Assembly: GCA_951406725.2 (NCBI GenBank)
Contig: OX597821.1
Span: forward strand, 54,002,001 to 54,066,000
Direction of reading: 5' to 3'
DNA: 64,000 bases
From: Octopus vulgaris
Lineage: Eukaryota
The notes under the pieces are model-generated. The model did no database searches. It was not told the DNA's origin and saw nothing but the letters and a program-made list of their open reading frames with translations. The position numbers and the translations under genes were made by a program. Shown piece after piece: positions 51,213-64,000 of this stretch; position 1 is the stretch's first letter, and every line of letters begins with the position of its first letter.

Positions 51213-51518
51213 TGTGGTTGCTCCTTCTCGAGCCATGTCTGGCTCATAAGGGCCAGTTTTCCGGTTTCCTTGGCATATAGGTTCCCCACCTGGACAGGAT
51301 GCCAGTCCATTGCAGGTGAGCTGCAAGATGCAGGAGGAAAGAGTGAGAGAAAGTTGTGGTGAAAGTGTCAGCAGAAGTTCGCCATTACCTTCTGCCGGAG
51401 CCGTGTGGAGCTTAGGGGTTTCGCTCATAAACACACACATCGCCTGGGCTGAGATTCGAACCCACGATCCCTTGACCGTGAGTCCACTGCTCTAACCACT
51501 AGGCCAGGTGCCTCCACT
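51213..51518 (-). mobile_element. SINE family C inserted in an RTE-type tail
   Basis: Reverse complement of 43780-44070, flanked by the TATGCAGCTAT duplication (51202-51212 and 51520-51530). Confidence 0.9.
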
Positions 51519-51821
51519 ATATGCAGCTATCCTCATCCATGTTCCATCTCTTTTCTGCAACTAATGACTGAAGATTATTTTCAAAGCACCGTTAAATATT
51601 CCATGTCTGGAAAAGGATAGGTGTTGATGTAGTGCCTGTATTTTACCATTTTTACCAAGATAGATTGGCTTCAACATTTCTCTAACTTGTGGAGAACATT
51701 TTCTCATTTTGAAACATCCTTTGTCAACAGATGTTCCAATATTCCCTTTTTCACAAAAGAAGGCTTTCCAATGAATATGCCAAATTTTATATGTGTCTCT
51801 TTGTGTGTATGCACGACATAA

Positions 51822-51860
<39 letters not shown>

Positions 51861-52252
51861 TGTGAGCATACATAAAAGTATCTATTTATGTATGTATCTA
51901 TCTACACACTCATACACACACAGTTATGTATGTATGTATGTATGTATGTGTGAAGCAAATCAGAAATATATATTTCTACTAGAAAGCTGAGATAGTAAAT
52001 CTAAGAGATTACGTTCTAAAATATCTCTGTTTCCCAAAAGAGGGAGAAAAAAAAATCATATTTGGTAAATTCAATCATACTTAGATCTTTTTCTATTTCT
52101 TCTTTGTTCACTTCATATTTCTCTTGGATCCTTATACAACATATATATATATATATATGCAGATACACACGCACATACACACACATGAATGTTCTTGCAT
52201 ATATATATAAGTATACATGAATGTTCTTGTGTGTATCTATATTATACATATA

Positions 52253-52365
<113 letters not shown>

Positions 52366-52571
52366 TTACATACATACATATATACATACATTCTGCAACG
52401 TTTTATGTTTTATGTTAGTTATATCTGAGATGATGGTTTTCAGCCATGGCTTCAGTGATCAAATAACTTAACAGATTTTTAAAGCTTAATATGTTCCTGC
52501 ATTCATGCAGTAGATATGTACCGTATAACGCTAAAAAAATATTCTGTACATACATGTGTATATGCATATGG

Positions 52572-52649
<78 letters not shown>

Positions 52650-52735
52650 GTATAGTTAGACAGCTAGCTTAGATATAGAAGTAGGTTTCTCATTCTCTTT
52701 CTCACTCTTTCTCTGTATATATCACACACACACAC

Positions 52736-52768
<33 letters not shown>

Positions 52769-52883
52769 AATATACACACATATATATACACACACATAAA
52801 TATATATAAATGCATGTGTGTGTGTAAATATATATTAATATACATATTTATCTATCTATCAATCTATCTATATATATATATAT

Positions 52884-52918
<35 letters not shown>

Positions 52919-53597
52919 TGTATATATATATATATGAATGTATATATATATATACCTAAAATATATATATATATATATAAAGAGAGAGAGAGAGAGAAAT
53001 AGGAGGATAGGGATGTAGGATGGTAACCAATATTTCAGAAGCAAATCGCCCAGAAGAAAATTCATCCCATTGAACATAAAGTTCTGGTTTCAGTTCTGTG
53101 AACCGATACCAAAGTTGATTGAAACTCCAGCGCAAATATAATTTTATTAATTTTCATTGGGTTATTGCTTTATTATATTTTATATCATATACTCTTATCA
53201 ATTTATTAGTGAATGAACACATATGTGTATATGTATGTATGAACAGTTGTATATACGTGCTTATATGTATCAAACTTTCTATATCTCTCTTAGAGTGTTT
53301 CTCTTCATTTTGAGATGTGTGTGTGTAGTGAGGTGGCCTATATTAAAGGTTTCATTATCATATTTTATCTTACCCAAATAATTTTTACCCCCAAATTTCT
53401 TGATATGAATTACTTATCATCACATCTCTTTCATAACTCTAGGGAGAAAGGTATAAGAGAATTGTATAAAGTATCATGTATGTATGTATGTATGTATGTA
53501 TGTATGTATGTATGTATGTATGTATGTATGTATGTATGAAAAAATGTATGTGTGTCTGCATGTGTGTGTGGGGATGTTCTCTTCTGTTTTTAATCAT

Positions 53598-53823
53598 TTA
53601 ACCCTTTCATTACAAACCCAGTTGAAACCGCTTCTGGCTCTCAAGTACAAATATCTTGTTTTCATAAATTTTGAATTCAAATCTTTCACCAAACTTTAGT
53701 CACAATTTATGTTCCTTACACTATCTTAATAACTAAGTTATTTAAATAAATTCTTTGTCACATTTAAAATAATTGGAAGAAATACAGAGCATCTCAAAAT
53801 GAATATGGTAACAAAAGGGTTAA
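53598..53823. mobile_element. piggyBac-like MITE
   Basis: TTAA-CCCTTTCATTAC ... GTAACAAAAGGG-TTAA. Confidence 0.8.
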
Positions 53824-53989
53824 ATTCTTCCTTTGAGGAAGGAGCTGATTTCTAGCAAAGATACAAAGTTTCATCATTGAATGTAGATAACAAAACCAGG
53901 TCACAATTTAAACTTGAGAAAGGTCTTGCATATTTTTACTGTTCCATTTATAGATTGTATTTGTAATATGAAAGTTGCCTGACTTCTTT

Positions 53990-54450
53990 TTCTGAAAACA
54001 CTAGCTTATCTGGATTGTCACTGGCATTTACTCATAAAACCAAATGCACTAATAATTATTAGTGTAAATGTGAATTTGTTGTCTGCATATAGAAGCTGAA
54101 GGTTCCAAAGCAGTTGTCCAAAGTTATCCTTTTCTCTTTGATTTTCAAAGAATTATTCACATCAGCAAAGCAGCTGACCTCTGTGACATCACATGCTTCT
54201 TATTTGTCCCAAACAAAAATATCCAGTCTGTTACGTTCACATTCAATAGATATTTTGATGGGAACATTCCACAAGTATTCCTTCTGCTGATATTTGTATA
54301 TGTGTTCAATAACAGGGTTTTCTTTATATTTGTTCTAGGACTGTCTTTTTTTCTGAATGGCATTGTACATTGTTTTTGCAACAATATTGTGTCACATAGG
54401 GAAGTGATAAACTGATGACACTTTCTGGCAGCTACAAATCATGTGTCTAG
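53990..54450 (-). mobile_element. RLE-type LINE restriction-like endonuclease remnant
   Basis: Minus strand EYLWNVPIKISIECERNRLDIFVWDK*..TEVSCFADVNNSLKIKEK..NFGQLLWNLQLLY...IIISAFG, matching the NRPD...E...K pattern. Confidence 0.75.
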
Positions 54451-54987
54451 GTTCGCCGAGTTGAATGCTCTCCATCCTGCTCTTAATGTGTGTCTGTCTT
54501 GAGAAGTACGCAAACAATTTCATTCAAATTTTACACATGCATTACATAGGGTCCATGAAGTGTCATGGGCCAAAACATGTCTTGTCTAATGTGGGCTCGG
54601 AGCAATCTTTTAGACTGGTTCAGTATTATGTGTCAAAAGTGAATATTGTTTCACTTTTTTTCATTCGCTTTTAATTCTAATGTGATAAGATTATAATATT
54701 GTTTCACTTTTGTTCTTTTACTTTTAATTCAAATGTGATAACACTAAGTCTAAGGTATATGAAAATACACATTTACTGTTCAATTACCAGTTAATAATTA
54801 TAGCAGCAGCTGCAAGGTATTTAGAGTTACATATTAACCCTTAAATTAACATTCAATGCATGTGCTTAATATATATATATTAAGAAATTTATCTATAATA
54901 ATTATTGTGGCATTTAGCGTTAAATTAGCAGTTCATACATGTGCTTCTGTTTGGTTAATCTATGTATATAAAATTCTTTGTCGAAAT

Positions 54988-56700
54988 CTATATATATAAA
55001 ATTCCTTGTTTCTCTGTCTATCTGTTCCCAATGCATTCTCAAATGGCTCCACCAAATCAAATTAAATTTTACAAGGTAATAGTATCGCACCCCACGAATA
55101 TGAACAGGTAATTTTTTTCCATTTCGATTAATATAATATAACATTTTATAGATATAATCTTTCTATAGTCAAATATAGTACAGGACATTTTATACAATGA
55201 CAACAACATCACATTTGTATATGAATGTGTATGTGTCTGTATATGAATGTGCATGCATGCAAATGTATGAATGTGTATGTGTCTGTCCGTGTGTGTGTGT
55301 GTGTGTTTCTGTGTTCAACGACGTCACATGTTGTATATGAGTGTCTATGTGTCTGTGAATGTGTGTGTGTGAGTGTATGAGTGTGTATGTGTCTGAGTGT
55401 GTGTTTCTGCATTAAGGACGTTATTCAAAACACACACACACAGCTACACATACATATACATATGTGACGTCTGACATGTGTGAATGTATGTCTGTGTCTG
55501 TCTTTCTTACTATATACTATTACACCCCACGACTGTCAATATGTAATTTTTTCCATTTCAATTTTAAAATATAACATTTCATTGACATAATCTTTCTAAA
55601 CACAACTATAGTACAGGGCATTTTATATGAGTGTGTATGTGTCTGTGTGTGTGTTTTCACGTTCGATACATACAAGATAGTAAATGACAATTTATGTCAT
55701 GACAATGATGATGCCACATTTTGTATATGAGTGTCTATGTGGCTGTGAGTGTATGTATGTGGGTGTATGTCTCCGTGACTGTGTGTGTGCTTCTGCATTA
55801 GGTACATTATTAAACACACACACATCTACACATACATATACATATGTGACGACTGATATGTATGTATGTATGTGTCTCTCTTACTATATGTATGTGACTG
55901 TATGTAAGAGTGTATGTGTGTGTATCGTCACATTTTGTATATGACTATATGTGTCTGTAAGTGTGAGCGTTTGCACATAAAACTCTTAATAAAATAATTA
56001 GGTGGCACGTCCAAGGTATATAAAAATACACATCTACCATTCAATTACCAGTTCATAATTAGCGCAGCAGTTGCAAGGTTGCGAGGTATTTACAATTTGC
56101 TTATATTTGGCTAATTTACACTGCAAACAAAAATACAGACATACTACATGCATACAACTGCTTACAAAAATAGAGATTAACGTATGTTTTTTCTATGTTC
56201 ATACTTTCTTGTTCACAATATTGAAAAATACAATATGCCACCAAAGAAAAAACATAATCTCTCCAGCAAGGGGGATTGCAGAAAACCGAAGGCAAGGGTC
56301 TCAAGAGATAAAGGACATGAGACTTTATCAAGATCAGCAAAGGCATGTTGCTGCATGTCTTATGGAATCTCAAGAGAGAAGGGAGATGAGACTTTCTTAA
56401 AATCAGCAAAGGCATGCTGCAGTATATCAGATGGAGTCTCAAGAGAGAAGGGAGATGAAACTTTCCCAAGATCAGCAAAGGTATGCTGTAGCACTTAATG
56501 CTGAATCATTAAAATAACGTTTAGCACACCAGATTACGTAGAGGTGCAATACAACAGCTCTCAGAAACAGACCACGTACAAGTTCATTCTTCACAACTCC
56601 TGGAGCTGCTTTCAAATATGATCCATCCCATTCTTATAAAAATTATAATTCTATCCAAATTAGTGTGCTAAACTCGAATTGTCATTTTTACAAAGCTTTC
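54988..56700 (+). mobile_element. Helitron 5' portion with decayed N-terminal ORF
   Basis: Starts TCTATATATATAAAA. At 56235-56700: MPPKKK..., 21-aa repeats ESQERREMRLS.DQQRH, then AAFKYDPSHSY...CHFYKA, as in Rep/Helicase N-termini. Confidence 0.7.
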
Positions 56701-56765
56701 CTGTATCCCTTGTTTCAACATAACTGTAATATATATATATATATACACACACAATCATATACACG

Positions 56766-56802
<37 letters not shown>

Positions 56803-56807
56803 GTATA

Positions 56808-56975
56808 TACGATGGGCTTCTGTCAGTTTCCCTCTACCAAATCCACTCACAAGGGTTTGGTCGGCCAGAGGCTATAGTAGAAAACACTTGCCCATGGAGC
56901 CATGCAGTGGGATTGAACCCAGAACCATGTGGTTCGTAAGCAAGCTACTTACCACACAACCACTCCTACGCCTGT
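56808..56975 (-). mobile_element. SINE family A head
   Basis: Reverse complement of 5178-5360. Similar copies at 61080-61245 and 63230-63660. Confidence 0.88.
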
Positions 56976-57064
56976 ATATATAATCATCATATATATATAT
57001 ATATATAGAATAATATGAGGGAATATTATTCCAATCTTACAGGGAAAAATTCAATTTAGAAATA

Positions 57065-57083
57065 CTAAATCAAATTTCACAAA

Positions 57084-57121
<38 letters not shown>

Positions 57122-57565
57122 AATACCATCTTTCATCAATTCAATAATGAAAAATTAGTTATTCTACCAAATATATATGTTTTATTTATTATTTTGCACA
57201 TTACTTAATCATTGTTATATGTTTTATCTTTCTATAAGATGTAATTTTTCTAAATGGTATAATTTAATTTTTCATTATTGAATTGATGAAAGGTGTTTTT
57301 TTTCTGATTTATATATATATATATAAAAATCAGAAAAAAAACACCTTTCATCAATTCAATAATGAAAAATTAAATTATACCATTTAGAAAAATTACATCT
57401 TATAGAAAGTTAAAACATATAACAATGATTAAGTAATATGCAAAATAATAAATAAAACATATATATTTGGTAGAATAACTAATTTTTCATTATTGAATTG
57501 ATGAAAGATGGTATTTTTTCTAATATATATATATATTATATTATATTTTGTGAAATTTGATTTAA
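57065..57565. repeat. ~500-bp nested palindrome centred on (TA)n
   Basis: 57065-57310 mirrors 57326-57565. Each arm itself has inverted CTTTCATCAATTCAATAATGAAAAATT ends. Confidence 0.92.
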
Positions 57566-60500
57566 TATATATCATCAATTTAACATCTGTTTTCCATGCT
57601 AGCATGGGTTGGATAGCTTGACAGGAGCTACCTAGGCAGGAGACTGCACTGTGCTCTGCTGTCTGTTTTGGCATGGTTTCTTATGGCTGGATGCTCTTTC
57701 TAACTCCAACCATTCTGTAGAGTGGACTGAGTGCTTTTTATGTGGCACCAGTACAGGTGTAGTCAGTTTTGGCATGTCTTTGTTACAGCAGGATGTCCTT
57801 CCAAATAACAACCAATTTACAGTGTGGATTAAGTGGTTAAATGGTTAAGAAACTGCGTATGTATGTGCATGTGACACCTTGAGCAAGTGTCCTGTACACT
57901 ATCAGCATGCCAACTACATTATTAATAGATCTGGTTGACAGAAATTGTCAACCAAATTACTTTACACATTCTTACGTTTCTTTGTATGTCTATATGTGCT
58001 TTATTGTGTGTATGTATGTGTGTGCTTGCCTCCTGGTGTTGACATTGCATGACTGTTGTAAACAAGTATCACCACCATATGGGTAGTGTCATTCTTGCCA
58101 ATCTCCCAGGAAAGTATTTTTGGCCATGAGAAAATATTACTTAGGAACAGATGAGTGTTGATGATGAGAAAGGTGGTCTACCTCAGCATATTCTATCTGA
58201 CTTATGCAAGCATGAACATTTGGTTGTTTGGTGGATGATGATTATGATATAAATATGAGAACTATTAGACTATAATATGACAAGATCATATATTGTGAAA
58301 TATCTGTACTTATGTATTTGGTAAGGTTTCTAAATGCAAATATAGTTTTTCTATTTATGATAAATTTATATTGTTGTAGTAGTGTCTGAAATTTTATATA
58401 TTCTGGAATTATGTATTTATGTATGTGTACATGTGTGTCAGTGTGTACATATAAACACTTGAATGTATGTATGTATGTGTGCGTGTACCTGTGTATGTGT
58501 GTCAGTGTGTACATATGAATGCTTGAATGTATGTATGTATGAATGTGTATGTGTGTCAGTGTGTACATATGAACACTTGAATGTACGTATGCATGTGTGT
58601 GTGTGTGTGTACATGTGTATGTGTGTCTGTGTACATATGAATGCTTGAATGTATGTTTGTAGTCAAATGTGTATGTTTCTTTTGTTTGTGTGTGTGCATA
58701 TGTGCTTGAATATATTTATATAAATTATTGTTTGTATTAGTGTCTGCATGTGAAAAAGCTATGTATTAGCTTTTGAAGGGTGAAATGGTATGTATAGACG
58801 CGTGTGTGTATATGAAAGAGAGAGAGAAAGAGAAAGCGAGAGTGAATAATATTTTTTTGTTGATATGTGCACACACACACACACAGAAGTATAACATTTA
58901 TATTCATACAGTTATTTTTTTTATAAATATTAATTTATACCCTGCTGGTTATATTGAAGTATTGGTTTCTGTAACATACAGATGATTACTAAATATTTCT
59001 TAATATTTTTGTAAGTAACTTTTGAAATAAATTCACTGTTATCTTTTTGATTTCTTTTATTTTTTTCTTACCATTTTGTTAGTAATAAGTGAGTTCTACT
59101 CCTTCTAGGTTGTGTTAATTAAAAATTAATTCAGACAAAATTTCTCAGCTTGAAAAATATCAACACAAGCCATCATGTTAAATTTTAAAAAAGTTTTGAT
59201 AGCTGTTGTAATCCTATTTGACAAACAACATGCTATCTTTGGAAATATCTCTAGCAGAAGCTAAACTATTGAGATATTTCAAAAGTGTATATATTTTTAG
59301 ATAGAACATACTGCTTCACAAAAACATTTTTTCATACATTTCTGCTTTTCGGTTTTACTTTATAGGGATTATTTCCATCATATGATTTAGAAAATCAAAT
59401 GTGTGTTACTTATTTTCTGAATTTTTCAATACATTTGGGATTTACTCTTCTTATTTAACCATTCTTAAAGAAATAAAAGTATTAAAGAATTTTTTAACAT
59501 GCGCAAACTAGAAACATATACAAGCATTGTAGATAAGAATATATTTGATGCTTTTATACACAAACAAAGTTTACAAACAATAAAACTCATGTAACATTAT
59601 TTTGTAAAACAGATTGTGAGCTAACAGTTTGTCATTAAATTTCTTACAATTTATGTTGAACTTCACAGATATATCTGTACACGTCTTAAACTTATTGTCC
59701 TATATCAGATGTCCATGACTTCATATAGTGTTTGAGATAGGAATGTACCAAAGTAGTACTCCACCACCATCACCATCACCACCTTGCTGTCTCCATTATA
59801 ACTTTATGTAACTTTCCACAATTCATAGTACTCTTACTGCCCAAGCTTATACTTCAGTGTCACACTTAAAACATTCCTATATTATGACAAGACAATAACT
59901 TCTTTACCAAATGAGATTTTAATTCTGAAATTTCTGTCTCTTTGTTAATCTAGCATTGTACAAAAACAACTTCTAGAAGTATTGTCTTGTAGTTGCTGCT
60001 GTTAAGTAGCACTGATGAATTCCAATTGACAGGCCAAGAGTGGTCAAACACGTTACAAATATGACATTCCAATACTATTTGAAGACATGCAATATTAAGG
60101 ACTATATTAAACAATGTCTTTTTTCAAGACTAAAAAACATGATTTAAAATAGATTTGTACTGTGTTCTGAATTGTGCTGTGTTCACATGTATTGTGTATA
60201 TGCTATATATAGCATATGTGTATGTTCTACTCTTATGACTTGATTGGCAATAACTGAATTTGGATTTCTATTTGGCTTGTAAAAAGCACCAACTGATCAT
60301 GGCCGTTGTCAGCCTCCCCTGGCACCTGTGCCGATGGCATGTAAAAAGCACCCACTACACTTACAGAGTGGTTGGTGTTAAGAAGGGCATCCAGCTGTAG
60401 AAACACTGCCAGATCAGACTGGAATCTGGTGCGGCCTCCTGGCTTCCCAGACCCCAGTCAAACCGTCCAACCCATGCTAGCATGGAAAACGGATGTTAAA

Positions 60501-61260
60501 CGATGATGATGATGATGTGTGAGTAGAGAGAGGAGGGAGAAAATGATGAAATAAAGAGAGGGAAAGACAGAAAAGAAAGAGCTGATAAATTTGTTAATGA
60601 GAATCAATATAATTATCAAGTATACAAATGGTTTGGGGAAAGCAGCCTGATTTTACTGAATTATATCATAAGTCCAGGTGTGGCTGTGTGGTAAGAAATT
60701 GTTTCCTATCCATATGGTCTTGGGTTCAGTCCCACTATATGGAAGCTTGGGAAAGTGTCTTGTACCACAGCTTGGTCACTTCTCATTGCTTCCATGATGC
60801 CCTGTTTGAAGGGTACTTTTTACATGCCACTGGCACAGGTGCCAACTATATGACACTGGCATTGACCATGACTATAATTTTACTTGGCTTCACGGGTCTT
60901 GTCAAGCACAGCATATCACCAAATGTTTCAGTTCCATATCGTTGCCTCTGTGAGGCCCAACAATTGAAGATTATGCTTCACCACCTCGTCCCATGTCTTT
61001 CTGGGGCTATCCCTTACACAGGCTCCCTCCACAGAAATTAACACTTCTTTACATAGTTTTCTCGTCCATATACATATATACGATGGGCTTCTTTCTGTTT
61101 TCGTCTACCAAATCCACTCACAAGGCTTTGGTCAGCCCGAGGCTATAGTAGAATACATTTGCCCAAGGTGCCACACAGTGGGATTGAACCCGGAACCATG
61201 TGGTTTGTAAGCAAGCTACTTACCGCACAGCCACTCCTACACCTATGTGTGTGTGTGTGT

Positions 61261-61305
<45 letters not shown>

Positions 61306-62689
61306 TGTGTGTGTATACATATATGTGTCTTTGTGTCTGTGTTTGCACCTCGCTACCACTTGACAACCAGTGTTGGTGAGTTTACATCCCTATAACTTAG
61401 CAATTCAGAAAAAGAAACCAACACAAGTAAGTACCAAGCTTTAAAAGAAAAGGTATTGGGGTTGATTCAATCAGCTAAAAAATTTTCAAGATGGTGCCTC
61501 AGCAGTCTAATGAGTGAAACAAAGAAAAGATGAATGATAAAAGATAAAGATCATAGTCTAATTTTGGCTGCTATTTCACCCACTTCAAGTGACGCTGCAG
61601 AGGCCCCATTTTTTAAAATCATGTTAAAAATTTCTAAACTGAAATATAGTTATAATATAACTATAATTACAAACATAATACAGAATAGAAAAATAGCTAC
61701 AATAATTTATATAAATATATGAAATATAAATCAAGTTACTGTGTATTCATAAAATATTGACCTCTGGCTGGATTTCACATACAAAATAACATAGCAGATT
61801 CCAAGAGAGTTTGGTTCTTTGTGTTTTGTCTAATCTGTAGATCATATCAGCGTAGTATATTCTTGCTAAATAACTTTTGTGCTGTCTTTAATCCTTAAAT
61901 TACATGAACGGAACATATAGCATGACAATAAGACCTTTGTCTTCACATTCTTACAGCATCAGATCAATGACTGAACCCTAGTGACTCTTTTGATAAAAAG
62001 CATGTGGTATGATGATTATGGAATTTTCAGGAGAGAGAATGAGACTGATTTCACACTACCTTCCTTAAAGTATTGTCACTAGACACCATTACATTAATCA
62101 TATGTATCTGAAGGAGGAGGAGGAGGACAACACAAGTGTCTCAGTACTTGATATCTTTTTCTAGACTTCAAAAAGAGGAAATTCATAATTGATTTTCATA
62201 TGATTTGAACTTAGAGCAGAGGAACCAAAACATATTCTACTGGGATTCTCTCCAACACTGTTTGTTTTACCAGTTTACCACCTTCAACTTTTCCCTGAAA
62301 TAATACTTATATCTCACTATTTTAACATGGATTATATACATCTAATTAAACATAGCATTCTCTTTACCAGTTGAACCAATACCTCCTCATATCTTACTGC
62401 TTGGGGAAATAATGACGCATTATTCAGTATTATATAGTCTGGACATTAAATAATACCAAAAAAATTTATTCTTCAAACTACTACACTTGGCAAACATTTT
62501 GCATGTTTCTCTGTTCCCATTAAGCCAATCCCATTACTCCATACATCTACATATGCATGCAGGTAAGCACATACATACGTGCGTGTGTATGTGTGTGAGG
62601 TATTTATGTATATGTGTATGTATGTCAGTATGTATATCTCTCTGTGTGTATTCAATGTACAGCTGTATAGAAAAGTGAATTCAAAATTC

Positions 62690-62740
<51 letters not shown>

Positions 62741-64000
62741 CATCATCATTATATATTTATATTCACCATGTGTGTGTGTGTGTATGTGTGTGTACATATA
62801 TAATAAAATACGATTATTATTTCTAGGAAATACTGAAAATGCAGCTGTCTCTGTCATTTCTTCAGCACAATAAACTCTGATGCAGCAACATTTCTACAGT
62901 TCTACATTATACCTTGTGTTGCTACAATTATATTCCACCAAACTCACTTTTCGTTGAAACTAAGCTATTTGAAAGAATGAAAAGAAACATATATTATATT
63001 TTCATATGTGCATGTATAAATGCACACAAACATATACGTTCTATATACACACTTAGAGAAACAGGAGGTGTGTGATTGCTGATTTCACAATGACTTCAAA
63101 CTACTAGATTGTCACAAGACAAGTGCAAACAACACACACTATACTATTGGCATTATCATAGTGCTAACATCGTTCATCATGACCTTGTCATTACCACTAT
63201 AGCAATAAGCCATATCAAATAGTCAGATATATCTTTTATTTGCTTCAGTTACTGGACTGCAGCTATGCTGGGGACATCATCTTGAATACTGGGGTGAAAG
63301 AAATTGAATACTGGGGGTCAAACGAATTGATCCCTGTATTTAACATTTTAAGTCTGGTACTTATTTAGTTGGTCTCTGTTGCTAAACTTGCTAAGCTAAA
63401 GGGAGATAAACAAACCAACACCTGTTCTCAAACCTTGGCGCAGGACATATGCAACATAAAGACCAACAAACAGACCCACAGCACACACACACACACACAC
63501 ACGATGGGTTTCTTTCAGTTTCTGTTCACAAAAACACAAAATCCACTCACAAGACTTTGGTCAGCCTGGGTCTATGCCCAAGGTGTTGCACAGTTGAACT
63601 GAACTCAAGATGGCAAGATTAGTAAGCAAGCTTCTCAACTTCACAGCCATGCCAGCACCTATATAACTGACATACAACTAATATAGAACTGAGATAATTC
63701 TAATAATTATTGACCCTACAAATGTACATTATTCTATATCAACATAGTGATTCTGTCATTAATTGAGGCACTCCAATAAGACTGAGATATTTCTAATATT
63801 GTGTTTGCCCCACCTCCTATACATAGCAAGGTCTTTTAAATAACATTATTTACTGAGCTATTGTCCTTATCTTCTTAAGTTTTCTTCTCTTCATAGCAAT
63901 ACATGGTGATTCCTCTATTTGTTTCAATGATGAGCATTCAATTGTTAAATGATTTTTCTGTTTGGGGAAATTATCGTGTAAGTGGCTGAGTATTCCACTG

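Noticed and set aside
60010-60060. CTGATGA as an HHR core (also 43580, 54413 and TTGATGA in the 57-kb palindrome)
   Set aside because: No GAAA...UH with matching stems I and II.

Overview
Very AT-rich, repeat-saturated eukaryotic DNA, probably intergenic or deep-intronic. The SINE families and (TA)n/(CA)n density resemble octopus genomes; this is an inference from recalled repeat families, not a database match. I found no credible intact host gene: most listed ORFs are microsatellite read-throughs and the rest are decayed transposon fragments. These fragments include tRNA-derived SINEs, RTE and RLE-type LINEs, mariner, Tc1 and DD37D-like elements, a Helitron, a piggyBac-like MITE and Penelope-like elements (PLE). 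The main non-obvious signal is about 13 type I hammerhead ribozyme (HHR) motifs. About seven have essentially intact cores and the rest are decayed. Nearly all have a short palindromic stem III and a highly variable stem II. Four non-coding units of ~350-500 nt next to microsatellites carry them and show terminal redundancy or circular permutation (monomers of ~355, 481, 358 and 497 nt), as expected for retrozyme-like elements copied from circular or multimeric RNA. One further HHR lies downstream of a PLE GIY-YIG endonuclease remnant, the likely mobilising family. A 267-bp permuted unit with an internal tRNA-like module and several long palindromes are also present. All folds were made by eye and coordinates may be off by a few bases.
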